Origin: an uncultured Clostridia bacterium | GTDB taxonomy: Bacteria; Bacillota; Clostridia; Christensenellales; UBA1242 | Direction of reading: 5' to 3' | DNA: 64,000 bases | Assembly (NCBI GenBank): GCA_934754355.1 | Contig: CAKVID010000001.1 | Location: 82,269-146,268, forward strand | Shown: piece after piece, positions 9,842 to 21,496 of the stretch | Layout: every line of letters begins with the position of its first letter | How positions within the stretch are numbered: position 1 is the first letter of the stretch | Notes under the pieces: generated by a model | Told to the model about the DNA's origin: nothing | The model's database searches: none | The model's input: the letters and a program-made list of their open reading frames with translations, nothing else | Position numbers and translations under genes: made by a program

Positions 9842-9870
9842 TTGCTTATATTTTTAAATTTCTATATAAT
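9842..9870 (+). promoter_or_regulatory. Sigma-A type promoter upstream of lepA
   Basis: TTGCTT, 17 nt spacer, TATAAT. Confidence 0.5.
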
Positions 9871-9902
9871 AAATTGAAATTATTTTAATTTAATGAGGTT
9901 TT

Positions 9903-11699
9903 ATGACTAGACAAGAAAAGATAAGAAATTTCTGTATTGTAGCACACATTGACCATGGCAAAAGCACATTGGCAGATAGATTACTAGAGGAAACTCATAC
10001 TGTAGCCAAGAGGGATTTAACCGAACAGGTGCTAGATAGTATGGATATCGAGAAAGAGAGGGGTATTACTATCAAATTAACTCCTACAACTATGAAATAC
10101 ACCTATAATGGAGAAGAATACACCCTTAACCTTATTGATACTCCCGGACATGTCGATTTCACTTACGAAGTTTCTAGGTCACTTGCTGCGTGTGAGGGTG
10201 CAATACTTATTGTTGATGCTTCTCAAGGTGTCGAGGCACAAACTCTTGCCAATGTATATTTAGCACTAGAGAATGACTTGGAAATTCTGCCTGTTATTAA
10301 TAAAATTGACTTGCCTAGTGCAGATATAGATAAAACAAAGAAAGAAATAGAAGATGTTATCGGACTTCCTGCAGAAGATGTTCCTTGTGTTAGTGCCAAG
10401 TGTGGTACAAATATAGGCTCTGTGCTAGAAGAAATAGTTAAAACTTTTCCTCACCCCAAAGGAGACGAAAATAAGCCACTTTCTGCACTTATCTTTGATA
10501 GTTATTATGATAATTTCAAGGGTGCAGTGTGCTTGGTTAGAATTGTTGATGGCAAAGTAAAAAAGAACGATAAAATCAAATTCTTCACAACTGGTAATGA
10601 GTATGATGTAACAGAAGTTGGTATATTTACTCCCAAAACTCAAGAAATAGACGAGTTACTTGCTGGAGATGTTGGATACATTTGTGCTAGTATCAAGAAT
10701 GTTTCAGAGACCAAAGTAGGCGATACTATAACTAATGCAAGTAATCCCTGCAAAGAAGCATTGCCGGGTTACAAAGAAGTAAAACCAGTTGTATTTAGTG
10801 GAATTTTCTGCGTAGAAGGAGATAAATATAATGACCTTAAAGATGCATTGGAAAAATTAAAATTGAATGATGCATCACTAGAATATGTGCCAGAAGTTTC
10901 TCAGGCACTAGGGTTTGGCTTTAGATGTGGTTTCTTAGGTCTACTTCATATGGAAATTATCCAAGAAAGATTAGAAAGGGAATTTGACTTGGATTTAATT
11001 ACAACTGCTCCAACGGTTAATTATAGAATAACCAAGACTAATGGAGAAGTGCTAGAGATAAGTAATCCGGCAGATATGCCAGATACACAGAGTATAGCAT
11101 TTATGGAAGAACCAATGGTCAAAGTTAATATATTTACTCCACCAGATTATGTGGGCGAACTTATGAAACTTTGCCAAGAGAAAAGAGGGGTTCATTTAGA
11201 TTTGCAATATATAGATGCTTCTAGATGTCAATTGATATACAAAATGCCTTTAAATGAGATTATTTTTGATTTCTTTGATGAACTAAAGTCTAGGTCTAGA
11301 GGATATGCAAGTCTAGATTACGAGATAATTGGATACGAAGAAAGTAGTCTTGTTAAATTAGATATCTTGCTTAATGGAGAAGTTTGCGATGCTCTAAGCC
11401 TAATTGTTCACAAAGATAAAGCATATCAAAGAGGTAGGGCAATTGCCGAGAAATTGAAAGATGTTATCCCAAGACAATTATTTGAAGTGCCAATTCAGGC
11501 GGCAATTGGTAATAAAGTAATTGCCAGAGAAACTATTAAGGCACTAAGAAAAGATGTACTTGCTAAATGTTATGGCGGAGATATTACTCGTAAAAGAAAA
11601 CTTCTAGAAAAACAGAAAAGGGGAAAAAAGAGAATGAGAAAAATTGGTTCGGTAGAAATTCCTAGCGAAGCGTTTATATCTATTCTCAAGATTGATTAA
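9903..11699 (+). CDS. lepA: Elongation factor 4 (LepA)
   Basis: 598 aa with GTPase motifs [14 protein letters not shown] and NKID, plus the LepA C-terminal domain. Confidence 0.95.
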   Translation: MTRQEKIRNFCIVAHIDHGKSTLADRLLEETHTVAKRDLTEQVLDSMDIEKERGITIKLTPTTMKYTYNGEEYTLNLIDTPGHVDFTYEVSRSLAACEGAILIVDASQGVEAQTLANVYLALENDLEILPVINKIDLPSADIDKTKKEIEDVIGLPAEDVPCVSAKCGTNIGSVLEEIVKTFPHPKGDENKPLSALIFDSYYDNFKGAVCLVRIVDGKVKKNDKIKFFTTGNEYDVTEVGIFTPKTQEIDELLAGDVGYICASIKNVSETKVGDTITNASNPCKEALPGYKEVKPVVFSGIFCVEGDKYNDLKDALEKLKLNDASLEYVPEVSQALGFGFRCGFLGLLHMEIIQERLEREFDLDLITTAPTVNYRITKTNGEVLEISNPADMPDTQSIAFMEEPMVKVNIFTPPDYVGELMKLCQEKRGVHLDLQYIDASRCQLIYKMPLNEIIFDFFDELKSRSRGYASLDYEIIGYEESSLVKLDILLNGEVCDALSLIVHKDKAYQRGRAIAEKLKDVIPRQLFEVPIQAAIGNKVIARETIKALRKDVLAKCYGGDITRKRKLLEKQKRGKKRMRKIGSVEIPSEAFISILKID

Positions 11700-11700
11700 T

Positions 11701-12831
11701 ATGAAAAAAATAGGAATATATGTACATTTCCCATTTTGTGCTTCCAAATGTCATTACTGCAATTTCAATTCTTATTCAGACAAAAGTCATCTACAAAATG
11801 ATTATATTCAAGCATTGCTTACAGAAATTGCTAGTTATAAGAGCAATAAATTATTAGTAGATAGCATATTTATAGGTGGCGGAACTCCTTCATTTATGCT
11901 CGATGGCACTATTTCTACAATAATCTCCGAGATTAAGAAATGCTTTGCTGTAGATATTGATGCTGAGATTACTATTGAATGCAATCCAAATTCAGTTAAT
12001 TCTACTAAGGCTATTGAATGGAAGAATGCTGGAGTTAATAGAGTAAGCATTGGTTTGCAGACTGCCAATGAGAAATTACTTAAGTTAATTGGTAGAATTC
12101 ATACTAAGAAAGATTATTTGAACGCAGTAGAATGCATAAGAAATGCCGGCATTAATAATATAAATACAGATTGCTTGATAGGACTTCCAAAACAACAATT
12201 GTCTGATGTTAAGCATACACTTAAGATTGTAACTAAATTACAGTGTACACATTGTAGTGTGTACTCGCTTATAGTTGAGAAAGATACCAAACTTGCTCAA
12301 ATGTTAGAAAATAAAGAACTTACTTTGCCAAAAGAAGAGAAATCTCTAGGAATGTATGAATATGCTTGTAAGTTTCTTAAAGAAAATGGCTTTAATAGGT
12401 ACGAAGTAAGTAATTTTGCTAAGAAGGGATTTGAGTGTAGGCATAATATGAATACTTGGCAGATGGGAGAATATTTGGGCTTTGGTGCAGGTGCTCATAG
12501 TTATATAGATAATCGTAGATACAGTAATGTAAGTGGTATAGAGGACTACATAAATGCTATTAATCTTAAGAAATCAGCTGTTGAAAATAATGAAAAGATA
12601 AGCAATTCAGAGAAATTTGAAGAAACTGTGATGTTAGGTCTTAGAACTAAATATGGAATAGATTTAGATGAAATTAAGAAAAATTTCAAAATAGACTTAC
12701 TAAAAACTAAAAGAGAAACAATAAATAATTTACTTTCTAATGGTTTTATTAATCTTGTATATAATAAAATTATTCCAACAGATTTGGGATTTACTGTGCT
12801 TAACAAAATTATACTAGAATTAGTAAGTTGA
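11701..12831 (+). CDS. hemW: Radical SAM heme chaperone HemW / oxygen-independent coproporphyrinogen oxidase-like
   Basis: CxxxCxxC motif (FCASKCHYCNF) and a HemN_C region, located downstream of lepA as in B. subtilis. Start set at ATG 11701, immediately after the lepA stop. Confidence 0.85.
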   Translation: MKKIGIYVHFPFCASKCHYCNFNSYSDKSHLQNDYIQALLTEIASYKSNKLLVDSIFIGGGTPSFMLDGTISTIISEIKKCFAVDIDAEITIECNPNSVNSTKAIEWKNAGVNRVSIGLQTANEKLLKLIGRIHTKKDYLNAVECIRNAGINNINTDCLIGLPKQQLSDVKHTLKIVTKLQCTHCSVYSLIVEKDTKLAQMLENKELTLPKEEKSLGMYEYACKFLKENGFNRYEVSNFAKKGFECRHNMNTWQMGEYLGFGAGAHSYIDNRRYSNVSGIEDYINAINLKKSAVENNEKISNSEKFEETVMLGLRTKYGIDLDEIKKNFKIDLLKTKRETINNLLSNGFINLVYNKIIPTDLGFTVLNKIILELVS

Positions 12832-13008
12832 TTTATTATATAAAATAATATTACTTATTATTAAAGCAACAGTTGGGTGCTTGTCTGCTATTTCATTTAA
12901 TACTTCTATACTAGTACTCTTTTTCTTATTACTAGCAATATTTAATTGCAATCATAACATCTAAATAATTTAAGGTATTAGATTATTCTAATATATAATA
13001 AATATAAT

Positions 13009-13082
13009 ATCCAAATACAACATAATTCATAAATTTTTAGGCAAAAGTCTTAATGGAATTATTATGTATTTGGATTTTTTTT
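13009..13082 (+). terminator. Long-stem terminator after hemW
   Basis: A 20-nt stem atccaaatacaacataattc / gaattattatgtatttggat (2 mismatches) with a 27-nt AT-rich loop, followed by T8. Confidence 0.6.
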
Positions 13083-13143
13083 GCCAAATAAAATATTTTT
13101 AAAAAAAATTTACAAAATTTATTAAAAATTTGGCATAAAACAC

Positions 13144-13172
13144 TTGACACCAGCATATAATTAAACTAGAAT
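13144..13172 (+). promoter_or_regulatory. Sigma-A promoter of the hrcA-grpE-dnaK-dnaJ operon
   Basis: TTGACA (13144-13149), 17 nt spacer, TAGAAT (13167-13172), immediately upstream of CIRCE. Confidence 0.75.
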
Positions 13173-13176
13173 ATGT

Positions 13177-13203
13177 TTAGCAATCTAAGAAGAAGAGTGC
13201 TAA
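13177..13203 (+). promoter_or_regulatory. CIRCE operator (HrcA binding site)
   Basis: TTAGCAATC-N9-GAGTGCTAA versus the consensus TTAGCACTC-N9-GAGTGCTAA. Confidence 0.9.
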
Positions 13204-13239
13204 CAAATACAAATAAACAGTGCCAGCAAGGAGGTAAGT

Positions 13240-14286
13240 ATGTCTGATAATTACAATTTAAGTGATAGAAAGAGAGATATACTGCTTAGTTCTGTTGGTA
13301 ACTATATAGATAATGCCATGCCAATAACAAGTGGTAATGTGCAGAGTAATGCTTTCACAGAACTTAGTTCGGCAACACTTAGGAATGAATTAAATGCATT
13401 GGAAGAGATGGGATACTTGAAACAATTACATACTTCTGGTGGCAGAATTCCAACATCTAAGGGTTACAAGTATTATGTAGAAAGTTTGCTTAAGTCTAGG
13501 AAATTTGATAATAAAGTTGTAGACGATATCAAGAATAAATTTGTTAAGCGTAGCAATTTTATATTAGATGTAGTAGATGGACTTGCAAAGAATGTAAGCG
13601 AAGTGCTTAAACTTCCTACTTTTATAGAAATGCAGAACGCAGAGTCTCTATGTATTAAGGGTATTAATATAATTCCGCTTATCACAGGTCAGGCATTGGT
13701 ATTAGTGCAGACAGATGCTGGAATAATCAATAATACTATTAATCTTCCAGATAAGATAACTGAAGAGAATTGCAAAGACGCAAGCAAATTTTTAAGTACT
13801 AATTTATATAATAAGCCAATTAGTGAGATTATATCTAATTTTGATTATTACAATAATTTATTCAAAAATCAAATTAAGTACTTTCAAGAATTCTTTGCTT
13901 TCATTACAGATACTCTTAAGACTTATTCTGAACATAGTAATTTCAAGACGCATTCTAATATCTCTAATTTATTAGAAAATCCCGAATATAAAGATATTAG
14001 TTCTGCCAAGAAATTCCTATCACTTGTAGAGAATGAAGAGAAAATTTCTAAATTAATTAAGGATATTGACGATACTTCTAATAACGAAATTACTTATTCA
14101 ATTGGAGAGGATAATAGCGATGAATTTTCGGATTATAGTATAATCAAAGCGAATTATAGCTTAAAAAATGGCGTAGTTGCTAGTATTGGAGTTGTAGGGC
14201 CACAAAGACTTGATTATTATAGAATTGCTTCTGCACTGAAATATATAACCGAAGAAATTAACCAAATAGAGAAAGACTTGAAATAA
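13240..14286 (+). CDS. hrcA: Heat-inducible transcription repressor HrcA
   Basis: 348 aa with a winged-helix N-terminus (LSDRKRDILLSSVGNYI.. SGGRIPTSKGYKYYV). Operon position upstream of grpE. Confidence 0.9.
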   Translation: MSDNYNLSDRKRDILLSSVGNYIDNAMPITSGNVQSNAFTELSSATLRNELNALEEMGYLKQLHTSGGRIPTSKGYKYYVESLLKSRKFDNKVVDDIKNKFVKRSNFILDVVDGLAKNVSEVLKLPTFIEMQNAESLCIKGINIIPLITGQALVLVQTDAGIINNTINLPDKITEENCKDASKFLSTNLYNKPISEIISNFDYYNNLFKNQIKYFQEFFAFITDTLKTYSEHSNFKTHSNISNLLENPEYKDISSAKKFLSLVENEEKISKLIKDIDDTSNNEITYSIGEDNSDEFSDYSIIKANYSLKNGVVASIGVVGPQRLDYYRIASALKYITEEINQIEKDLK

Positions 14287-14295
14287 GGAGAGGAT

Positions 14296-14820
14296 ATGCA
14301 AGATAAGAATAAAGAATTTGAGCATAAGCACCACGATAAATGTACTCATGATAAATGTAATTGCCATCATGAAGAAGCAGTAATAAGTAATGCTCAAAAC
14401 AAAGAACAAGAATATCTAGAACTTGCCCAAAGACTGAAAGCAGAATTTGAGAACTACAAGAAGCGAAATGCTGATGTAGTAGCACAGAGTTTTGATAACG
14501 GAATTTGCCATACTGTATCCAAATTGCTTCCTGCAATAGATAGTTTTAAGCAAGCCAAGAGCAGTATTACAGATGAGAATGTTATCAAAGGTCTAGATTT
14601 GGTGCTTAATCAAATACTTACAGCCTTTGAGGAATTGGGGGTAACCAAAATTAAAGCCAAAGGAGAGATGTTCGACCCAAATTTCCATAATGCAGTGCTT
14701 ACTGGAAATGAACCAAATGAACCCGATGGTATAATTCTTGATGAATTTCAAGAAGGATTTATTCTAAAAAATGACCGAGTTATAAGACATAGCGTAGTTA
14801 AAATAAATAAATTGGATTAA
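14296..14820 (+). CDS. grpE: Nucleotide exchange factor GrpE
   Basis: 174 aa with the GrpE core (RLKAEFENYKKR ... FDPNFHNAV ... RHSVVKI). The N-terminus is His/Cys-rich. Confidence 0.9.
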   Translation: MQDKNKEFEHKHHDKCTHDKCNCHHEEAVISNAQNKEQEYLELAQRLKAEFENYKKRNADVVAQSFDNGICHTVSKLLPAIDSFKQAKSSITDENVIKGLDLVLNQILTAFEELGVTKIKAKGEMFDPNFHNAVLTGNEPNEPDGIILDEFQEGFILKNDRVIRHSVVKINKLD

Positions 14821-14833
14821 TAAAAGGAGATAG

Positions 14834-16669
<1,836 letters not shown>

Positions 16670-16684
16670 TAAAAGGCAAAATCA

Positions 16685-17815
16685 ATGAGTGATAAGAATT
16701 ATTATGATATTCTAGGGGTTGGCAAAACTGCTAGCCCCGATGAAATCAAATCGGCATATAGAAAACTTGCCAAACAATATCACCCAGATATTAATAAAGA
16801 CCCAGGTGCAAGCGAGAAATTCAAAGAAATTAACGAAGCGTATGAGTGTCTATCTGACCCTCAGAAGAAATCTAACTATGACCAATTCGGAAGTGCGACA
16901 GGACCACAAGGCTTTGGAGGCTTTGGCGGAGGAAATGGTGGATTTAGTGGCTTTGGAGATTTTAGCGACTTAGGAGATATTTTCGGAAATATCTTTGGTG
17001 GTTTTGGCGGAAACTCAAAGACAATGGGATCAAGAGGAGAAGATTTGCAGATGCAAATCACTCTTTCTTTTGAAGAAGCAGTATTTGGTGTGAAGAAAGA
17101 ATTGTCTGTGCCAAGAGTTGAGAGTTGTGCAAAATGTAATGGTACAGGTGCTAAGAATGGTACAGAATTTACTACTTGTACTGATTGTCATGGTACTGGC
17201 CAAGTAAGAATTACTGAGAATTCAATTTTTGGTAGAGTAGTTAGACAAGGACCATGTAAGACTTGTAATGGAACTGGTAAGATTATCAAAGAGAAATGTA
17301 CTGAATGTAATGGTAATGGTTACAAGAAAGTTACATCAAATATTACTGTTAATATTCCAGCAGGTATTGATGATGGTCAAGTGCTTACTATGCGTGGCAA
17401 AGGTAATTGTGGCAAGCGTGGTGGCGAAGATGGAGATTTGCACATTATTGTTAAGGTTAAACCTCATAAACTCCTTGTTCGTGATGGCTTTGATTTGAAT
17501 TTGAAAGTATATGTTCCATTCTATACTCTTCTACTTGGTGGAGAGATAGAAATCCCACTTCCTAAGGGTACTACAACTCTTAAAATTCCAGAACTTACTC
17601 AATCTAATACAGTATTTAAGTTAAAGGGTAAGGGTATTAAATATCTTAATAGAGAAATGTACGGCAATTTATCTGTAACAGTTGTTGCTGAGACTCCTAA
17701 GAGTCTTACAAAGTCGGATAAGAAAGCAATAGAGGAAATTAAGAACTCTATTAAGTCAGATAACTTTGCTAGATACAAAGACTATATGAAAGATATATCT
17801 AATCTAAATAAATAG
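16685..17815 (+). CDS. dnaJ: Co-chaperone DnaJ
   Basis: J-domain with HPD, a G/F-rich region and four CxxCxGxG zinc-finger repeats. Confidence 0.95.
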   Translation: MSDKNYYDILGVGKTASPDEIKSAYRKLAKQYHPDINKDPGASEKFKEINEAYECLSDPQKKSNYDQFGSATGPQGFGGFGGGNGGFSGFGDFSDLGDIFGNIFGGFGGNSKTMGSRGEDLQMQITLSFEEAVFGVKKELSVPRVESCAKCNGTGAKNGTEFTTCTDCHGTGQVRITENSIFGRVVRQGPCKTCNGTGKIIKEKCTECNGNGYKKVTSNITVNIPAGIDDGQVLTMRGKGNCGKRGGEDGDLHIIVKVKPHKLLVRDGFDLNLKVYVPFYTLLLGGEIEIPLPKGTTTLKIPELTQSNTVFKLKGKGIKYLNREMYGNLSVTVVAETPKSLTKSDKKAIEEIKNSIKSDNFARYKDYMKDISNLNK

Positions 17816-17832
17816 TAACTTTTCCATAAAAC

Positions 17833-17873
17833 AAAAAAACATAAGCAATAAAATTACTGCTTATGTTTTTTTT
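17833..17873. terminator. Bidirectional terminator between dnaJ and nadE
   Basis: A-run, stem aacataagca / tgcttatgtt, then T-run. Confidence 0.7.
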
Positions 17874-17881
17874 ATTACTAA

Positions 17882-18631
17882 TTATTCATAATCAAAATAA
17901 TTGATGTAATCGCATGGGGATTTGTGTATGCTATCTCTTTTGTGCTGTGAAGATTTGTGCATTTTTTGAATTTTATCTAAATTACTAGAATTCGTGCCAA
18001 ATCTAATAAAATTATCTAATTCGTCATATGTAAAGCCAATTTTTTCTTCATCACTTTTGCCACTAAGTCCATCATCAGGGCTTTTATATACTAATTCTTT
18101 TCTAAGTCCAAGACATATGCCAATCTTACATACTTCACTTTTAGTATAATTTCCTATTGGCGAGAAATCTCCAACATTGTCTCCCCATTTAGTTGTATAT
18201 CCAATCATTGTTTCAGATAAATTAGATGTATTTACAACTAAATAATTAAGACTGCCAGCAATTGCATATAGGGTAGTCATTCTTATTCTAGGTGGGGTAT
18301 TTATGGTAGAAATATCTTGAATTTCTGTTTTTTCGGTCTGTAATACTTTCTTTACATTGTCTATAAGTGGAGTATATGCATTATTTATATCAATTATTTG
18401 ATATCTAATTCCAATGTCTTTGCAACTTTCTATTGCTGTATCTACATCTCTAGTTGAGTTATTTGGCATAAGTATTCCAAGTACATTTTCTTTGCCTATA
18501 GCATCGGCACATAATTTAGCGCAAATTAAACTATCTTTGCCGCCACTCATTCCAATTACAACACCATGTGCTTTGGCTTTATTTACATAGTTTTTTATGA
18601 ATTCAATTATTTTTTTTATTTCATTTTCCAT
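17882..18631 (-). CDS. nadE: NH3-dependent NAD+ synthetase
   Basis: 249 aa with the PP-loop SGGKDS (GMSGGKDSLICAKL) and NadE family length. Confidence 0.85.
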   Translation of the reverse strand: MENEIKKIIEFIKNYVNKAKAHGVVIGMSGGKDSLICAKLCADAIGKENVLGILMPNNSTRDVDTAIESCKDIGIRYQIIDINNAYTPLIDNVKKVLQTEKTEIQDISTINTPPRIRMTTLYAIAGSLNYLVVNTSNLSETMIGYTTKWGDNVGDFSPIGNYTKSEVCKIGICLGLRKELVYKSPDDGLSGKSDEEKIGFTYDELDNFIRFGTNSSNLDKIQKMHKSSQHKRDSIHKSPCDYINYFDYE

Positions 18632-19413
18632 TAGATTAAATCCTCAATATTAAATAATTTTAATTTTGGCAAGGCTTCTTTAGTAAGGCTATTTGATGAA
18701 TAAATCTTCTTGACTTGTGGTATATCTAGTAATCTTAGATTGTATTTGTTTTGTTCAAAATGCCCACAAATTATATATATTTCTGCGTCTTTTGGTAAAT
18801 AACTTATACAACTAATAATTGTATCCCCGGTAGAAATAATGTCGTCTATGATTACAAATTTATTTGCTCCATCAATATTTCCAATTATTCTATGAGTATC
18901 TATAAGCCCAGTATTTATGGATCTATGTTTCTCAAAATAAATAGCATTTTCTCCTAATTTTGAGAATTTATCATAAGAACCTTTGTCTGTAAAGACTAAC
19001 TTATCTGTATCAGTAAGACCAATTTCTGACTTGGATAGATTATAAATCTTGGATACTAACTGAATGACTTTGGCATTATTGAAGTATTGAAGTGATGAGT
19101 GTGGTTCGCAAATAGATAGGCTATCAAGATTTAATTTATTAAATAAATGTGCTACATTTTGGATAGTGCATACTTCAATGCCATTGTTTTTATCCATTCT
19201 CTGATAGGGTAGATATGATAATATCAAATTAACTTTGCAATCATTTTGTTTGTAGAAGTCAACTACAATAAACAATTCAAAGAGAGAAATCTCTCCGTTA
19301 TATAAAATTGTTACTTCATTATTTACGGCTAAGTTTCTAAGATTATTTGTTTTTAGTTTTAATTCTCCGCTAGAAAATCTTTCAAATGTATAATCTATTT
19401 TATTTATTATCAT
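18631..19413 (-). CDS. Ribose-phosphate pyrophosphokinase-like phosphoribosyltransferase (short Prs paralog)
   Basis: 260 aa. FSSGELKLK, LILSYLPYQRMDK and the PRPP loop VIIDDIISTGDTI parallel Prs motifs, but the protein is shorter than canonical Prs (about 315 aa). Confidence 0.6.
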   Translation of the reverse strand: MIINKIDYTFERFSSGELKLKTNNLRNLAVNNEVTILYNGEISLFELFIVVDFYKQNDCKVNLILSYLPYQRMDKNNGIEVCTIQNVAHLFNKLNLDSLSICEPHSSLQYFNNAKVIQLVSKIYNLSKSEIGLTDTDKLVFTDKGSYDKFSKLGENAIYFEKHRSINTGLIDTHRIIGNIDGANKFVIIDDIISTGDTIISCISYLPKDAEIYIICGHFEQNKYNLRLLDIPQVKKIYSSNSLTKEALPKLKLFNIEDLI

Positions 19414-19482
19414 ATTTATTCCTTTATTTATATTTATTTAATGATATCATTAAAAAATGCTTTTGTCATCTTAAAATATGTT

Positions 19483-19511
19483 TTGACAATAATTAATTAT
19501 TTTGTTATATT
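19483..19511 (+). promoter_or_regulatory. Sigma-A type promoter for the NMNAT-like / pncB genes
   Basis: TTGACA, 17 nt spacer, TATATT. Confidence 0.5.
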
Positions 19512-19551
19512 TAAGTGGATAAAATTATTTAAAGGGAATAATTATATAAAT

Positions 19552-20058
19552 ATGAAAATTGGTGCATTCACGGGTAAATTTTATCCTCCACATATAGGGC
19601 ATTTAAGTGCGGTAGATTATTCATTAACAAAGTGCGATAAGGTTATTATTGTAATTTCAAATAATGCTAGCCGAAATGAGAAAATCAAAAAAGACTATAA
19701 TTTCGATATAATTGACGCAAAACTTATAAAGAATTGGTTTGAAGAGTATTATATAGATAATGATAGAGTAGAGGTTGCAATTATTGACGAAAATGGACTT
19801 AAGCCTTATCCAGACAATCAAATTGAGTGGGTAGAGAGATTTAAGAGAAAATTTCCAGAAGTTAATGTAAAGATTGCAGATGAGAGTTATAGGGAATTTA
19901 ATGAGAAGTTTTTTCCCGAATGTCAATTTCTTCCGTTGGAGAGAGATATTATTCCCATTCATTCTACATTAATTAGACAAAATGTGATGGCAAATATCCA
20001 ATATATTATCCCAACTGCAAGAGATTATTTCAAAAATTTATATGGTAATAGGAAATAA
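19552..20058 (+). CDS. NadR/NadM-type nicotinamide/nicotinate mononucleotide adenylyltransferase-like protein
   Basis: The GKFYPPHIGH motif resembles GKFYPLHTGH of the NadR NMNAT domain. Start moved to ATG 19552 (MKIGAFTGKF) because the upstream 37 codons of the track ORF look non-coding. Confidence 0.65.
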   Translation: MKIGAFTGKFYPPHIGHLSAVDYSLTKCDKVIIVISNNASRNEKIKKDYNFDIIDAKLIKNWFEEYYIDNDRVEVAIIDENGLKPYPDNQIEWVERFKRKFPEVNVKIADESYREFNEKFFPECQFLPLERDIIPIHSTLIRQNVMANIQYIIPTARDYFKNLYGNRK

Positions 20059-20059
20059 T

Positions 20060-21496
20060 ATGAATAATTTAATGATTGATTTTTATGAATTTACAATGGG
20101 TCAAGTATATTTTGATAGTGGTAAGAAAGACACTATTGCTTGTTTTGATTTATTTTTTAGAAAATGTCCAGACAATGCAAGTTTTATTATTGCCAATGGA
20201 ATAGATAAATGTTTGCAATTTCTAGAAAATTTCAAATTCTCTAATGAGGAAATTGACTATTTGAGACAACTTAATACTTTCTCTGATGATTATCTAGAGT
20301 ATTTATCTTCTTTGCGTTTTAGTGGAGAGGTTACAAGTGTCAAAGATGGAGAAGTCGTTTTTCCAAACGAGCCTGTGCTTACAGTCAAAGCCCCAATTAT
20401 TGAAGCACAACTTGTAGAGACGGCACTTCTTCTTATTATTAACCATATGAGTTTGATTACAACTAAGGCTAGTCGAATTGTAAGGTCGGCAGGTGGTAGA
20501 AGTGTCATGGAATTTGGTAGTAGACGAGCGCATGGTTTTGATGCTGCCAATTTAGGTGCTACTTGTGCGTGCGTTGCAGGAGCAGTGGGTACTGCTTGTA
20601 CTATTGCAGGTTTTGAGACGGGTGTTAAAGTATTGGGAACTATGGCACATAGTTTTGTTCAAAGTTTTGAGAGCGAATTTGAGGCATTTAAGGCTTATGC
20701 ACTATCTTTTCCAGATAATGCAGTTCTGCTTGTTGATACTTACGACACACTGAATAGTGGTATTCCAAATGTAATAAGAGTGAATAATGAAATCTTGAAA
20801 CCAATGGGAAAGAGTGTTAAGGGCATTAGAATAGATAGCGGAGACCTAGCATATCTAAGCAAAATGGCGAGAAATATGCTTGACGAGGCAGAAATGGAAG
20901 ATACAGAAATATGTGTATCTAATTCGCTTGACGAATACTTAATCCACGATTTAATAAGTCAAGGTGCACCAATCAATTCTTTTGGTGTGGGCGAGAATAT
21001 GATTACTAGTAAATCTAGCCCGGTGCTTAGTGGAGTATATAAATTATGTCAAATAATTGAAGACGACAAAGTTATCCCAACTATGAAGATATCAGACAAT
21101 ATAGGCAAGATTACTAATCCTGCAGAGAAAGATGTTATTAGATTATTTGATAGTAACGGCAAGATTATTACAGATGTGATAACGCTTAAGAATGAGACAA
21201 TAGATAGTGATAGTTATACTCTTATTGACCCAGAAAATACTTGGAAGACTAAGACCATTACTAATTTTACAGCCAAAAATATTAGAGATATTGTAATGAT
21301 TGATGGCAAGAGATGTTTTGATAGTGTTCCACTAGATATTACTAAGAAATATTTAAAGGAAGAATTAAAGACTTTGTGGGAAGAGAATTTAAGACTATAT
21401 AATTCCCAAACCTTTATTGTTAGTCTTTCTAGTAGTTTACTTGATTTGAAAAACGATATTTTGCACAAACACAAGAATTTTAAGGATAAACTATGA
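20060..21496 (+). CDS. pncB: Nicotinate phosphoribosyltransferase
   Basis: About 478 aa with NAPRTase features (DFYEFTMGQVY; GTMAHSFVQSF; DTYDT; RIDSGDL). The start choice (20060 versus 20042 or 20072) is uncertain. Confidence 0.85.
   Translation: MNNLMIDFYEFTMGQVYFDSGKKDTIACFDLFFRKCPDNASFIIANGIDKCLQFLENFKFSNEEIDYLRQLNTFSDDYLEYLSSLRFSGEVTSVKDGEVVFPNEPVLTVKAPIIEAQLVETALLLIINHMSLITTKASRIVRSAGGRSVMEFGSRRAHGFDAANLGATCACVAGAVGTACTIAGFETGVKVLGTMAHSFVQSFESEFEAFKAYALSFPDNAVLLVDTYDTLNSGIPNVIRVNNEILKPMGKSVKGIRIDSGDLAYLSKMARNMLDEAEMEDTEICVSNSLDEYLIHDLISQGAPINSFGVGENMITSKSSPVLSGVYKLCQIIEDDKVIPTMKISDNIGKITNPAEKDVIRLFDSNGKIITDVITLKNETIDSDSYTLIDPENTWKTKTITNFTAKNIRDIVMIDGKRCFDSVPLDITKKYLKEELKTLWEENLRLYNSQTFIVSLSSSLLDLKNDILHKHKNFKDKL

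Noticed and set aside
19463-19489. TTGTCA-N15-TGACAA inverted repeat overlapping the -35 of the NMNAT/pncB promoter, as a possible NiaR/NrtR operator.
   Set aside because: The arms are only 6 bp and one arm is simply the -35 hexamer. It does not resemble NiaR or NrtR boxes as I recall them.
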